Origin: an uncultured Chlamydiae bacterium
GTDB lineage: Bacteria; Chlamydiota; Chlamydiia; Chlamydiales; SM23-39
Length of the DNA: 64,000 bases
Direction: 5' to 3'
Assembly: GCA_903893545.1 (NCBI GenBank)
Contig: CAITMJ010000009.1
Location: 299,045 to 363,044, forward strand
Part shown: positions 63,344-64,000 of the stretch, piece by piece
Position numbering within the stretch: the stretch's first letter is position 1
How the letters are laid out: the number at the start of each line of letters is the position of its first letter
The notes under the pieces: generated by a model
The model's input: only the letters and a program-made list of their open reading frames with translations
The model's database searches: none
Told to the model about the DNA's origin: nothing
Translations under genes and position numbers: made by a program

Positions 63344-64000
63344 TTAAAGCTGTTTGATTCCTTCAATAAAACTTAGCAAATGGTTAACATTAACAACAAA
63401 AACTGTTTTTTCATAGCTTCCTGACTCTGTGAGTATTTCCTGCTTTCCAACATCCCATTTCACTGAATCTGAAAAATTAAAACCCAAATAATTTTCCTGT
63501 TGAAAATTACAAAAGTCTTGCAAATCCCCATCAGCATCGATCTGCTCTGGCTTAAATTCAATTGAATAAAGCTTCGCATTTGTTACAATTACAGGAAGGA
63601 ATGTGACAAGCTCTGAAAGAAACTCCCGCTTTTGGTGTAGCTTCCAAATATATGCTTCCAAGTTTTTGAAGGTTTGCCGCGTGAATCCATGTAATATCTC
63701 TTCTCTGCCCGCTCTCTCAGCTAGTTCCGGCGCAAAATCTACTTTACCCTTCTTAGCTCTCTGAAACGCACCTTGATTTTCTAAAACTTCAAGACAATAA
63801 GGAAAAGTTTTTAATTTAGATTTTAGCATGGCTTGTGGATTGATCTGTATTGTTCTCAATCCTGCATTTTGCTGTATTAAACAACCTTCATTTCTATATT
63901 CTGTAGATCTCAAAAAATAAAAGGAGTAGAAAGATCTTTTACATTCAAATAAAAAACGGAGACGAAATGTCGAAAGCAAGCAATCAATCTCAATCCTTTC
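63344..64000 (-). CDS. Hypothetical protein, probably 5'-partial (frame open to the window edge); possible PD-(D/E)xK-type nuclease motif near the edge
   Basis: The reading frame continues past the listed TTG start (63979) to nt 64000 (ERIEIDC...). The segment EIDCLLSTFRLRFLFECKRS fits a D-x13-ExK restriction-endonuclease-like pattern. An internal ATG alternative is at 63829. The gene is convergent with, and 7 nt from, the giant gene. Confidence 0.45.
   Translation of the reverse strand, partial: ERIEIDCLLSTFRLRFLFECKRSFYSFYFLRSTEYRNEGCLIQQNAGLRTIQINPQAMLKSKLKTFPYCLEVLENQGAFQRAKKGKVDFAPELAERAGREEILHGFTRQTFKNLEAYIWKLHQKREFLSELVTFLPVIVTNAKLYSIEFKPEQIDADGDLQDFCNFQQENYLGFNFSDSVKWDVGKQEILTESGSYEKTVFVVNVNHLLSFIEGIKQL

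Larger units (their letters stand above)
58133..64000. mobile_element. tRNA-anchored integrative island (left end at the tRNA(CAT) gene; right end beyond the window)
   Basis: A tRNA gene is followed 168 nt later by a tyrosine recombinase gene. Visibly AT-richer cargo genes unrelated to the flanking core follow. No attR copy of the tRNA 3' end is seen within the window. Confidence 0.65.

Overview
This window looks like a Chlamydiae-type (environmental chlamydia-like) chromosome. That call is an inference from gene content and order: double-length UvrA, pknD-valS, a V-type ATPase operon (K-I-D-B-A-x-E), then tal-rpoC-rpoB-rplL-rplJ-rplA-rplK-nusG-secE-tRNA-Trp-tuf-tRNA-Thr-infA, which from memory matches the Chlamydia trachomatis CT301-CT323 block. 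Most of the window is densely packed core genes. Several visibly AT-richer accessory patches interrupt it. (1) The strongest candidate for a new system is a tRNA(CAT)-anchored integrase island running from 58.1 kb to the window edge. Its cargo is a 1261-aa protein that fuses six tandem CxxC/treble-clef-like zinc-ribbon repeats, an SNF2-type ATPase and a eukaryote-type Rrp8-like SAM methyltransferase. A convergent gene 7 bp downstream has a possible D...ExK nuclease motif and runs off the window. (2) A lineage-specific insertion between tal and rpoC holds two orphan ORFs and a roughly 290-nt GC-rich nested-palindrome element. That element contains a perfect four-way junction and matches no RNA class I recognise. 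(3) Other accessory features are four tandem small signal-peptide/TM proteins, two tandem paralogous orphan genes, a eukaryotic-like kinase, a LOG/PpnN-like fusion protein next to a GT10 fucosyltransferase, and Inc-like and S/T/P-rich orphan proteins. I found no rRNA, CRISPR array or transposase. All homology calls come from motifs read by eye in the supplied translations; no searches were run.
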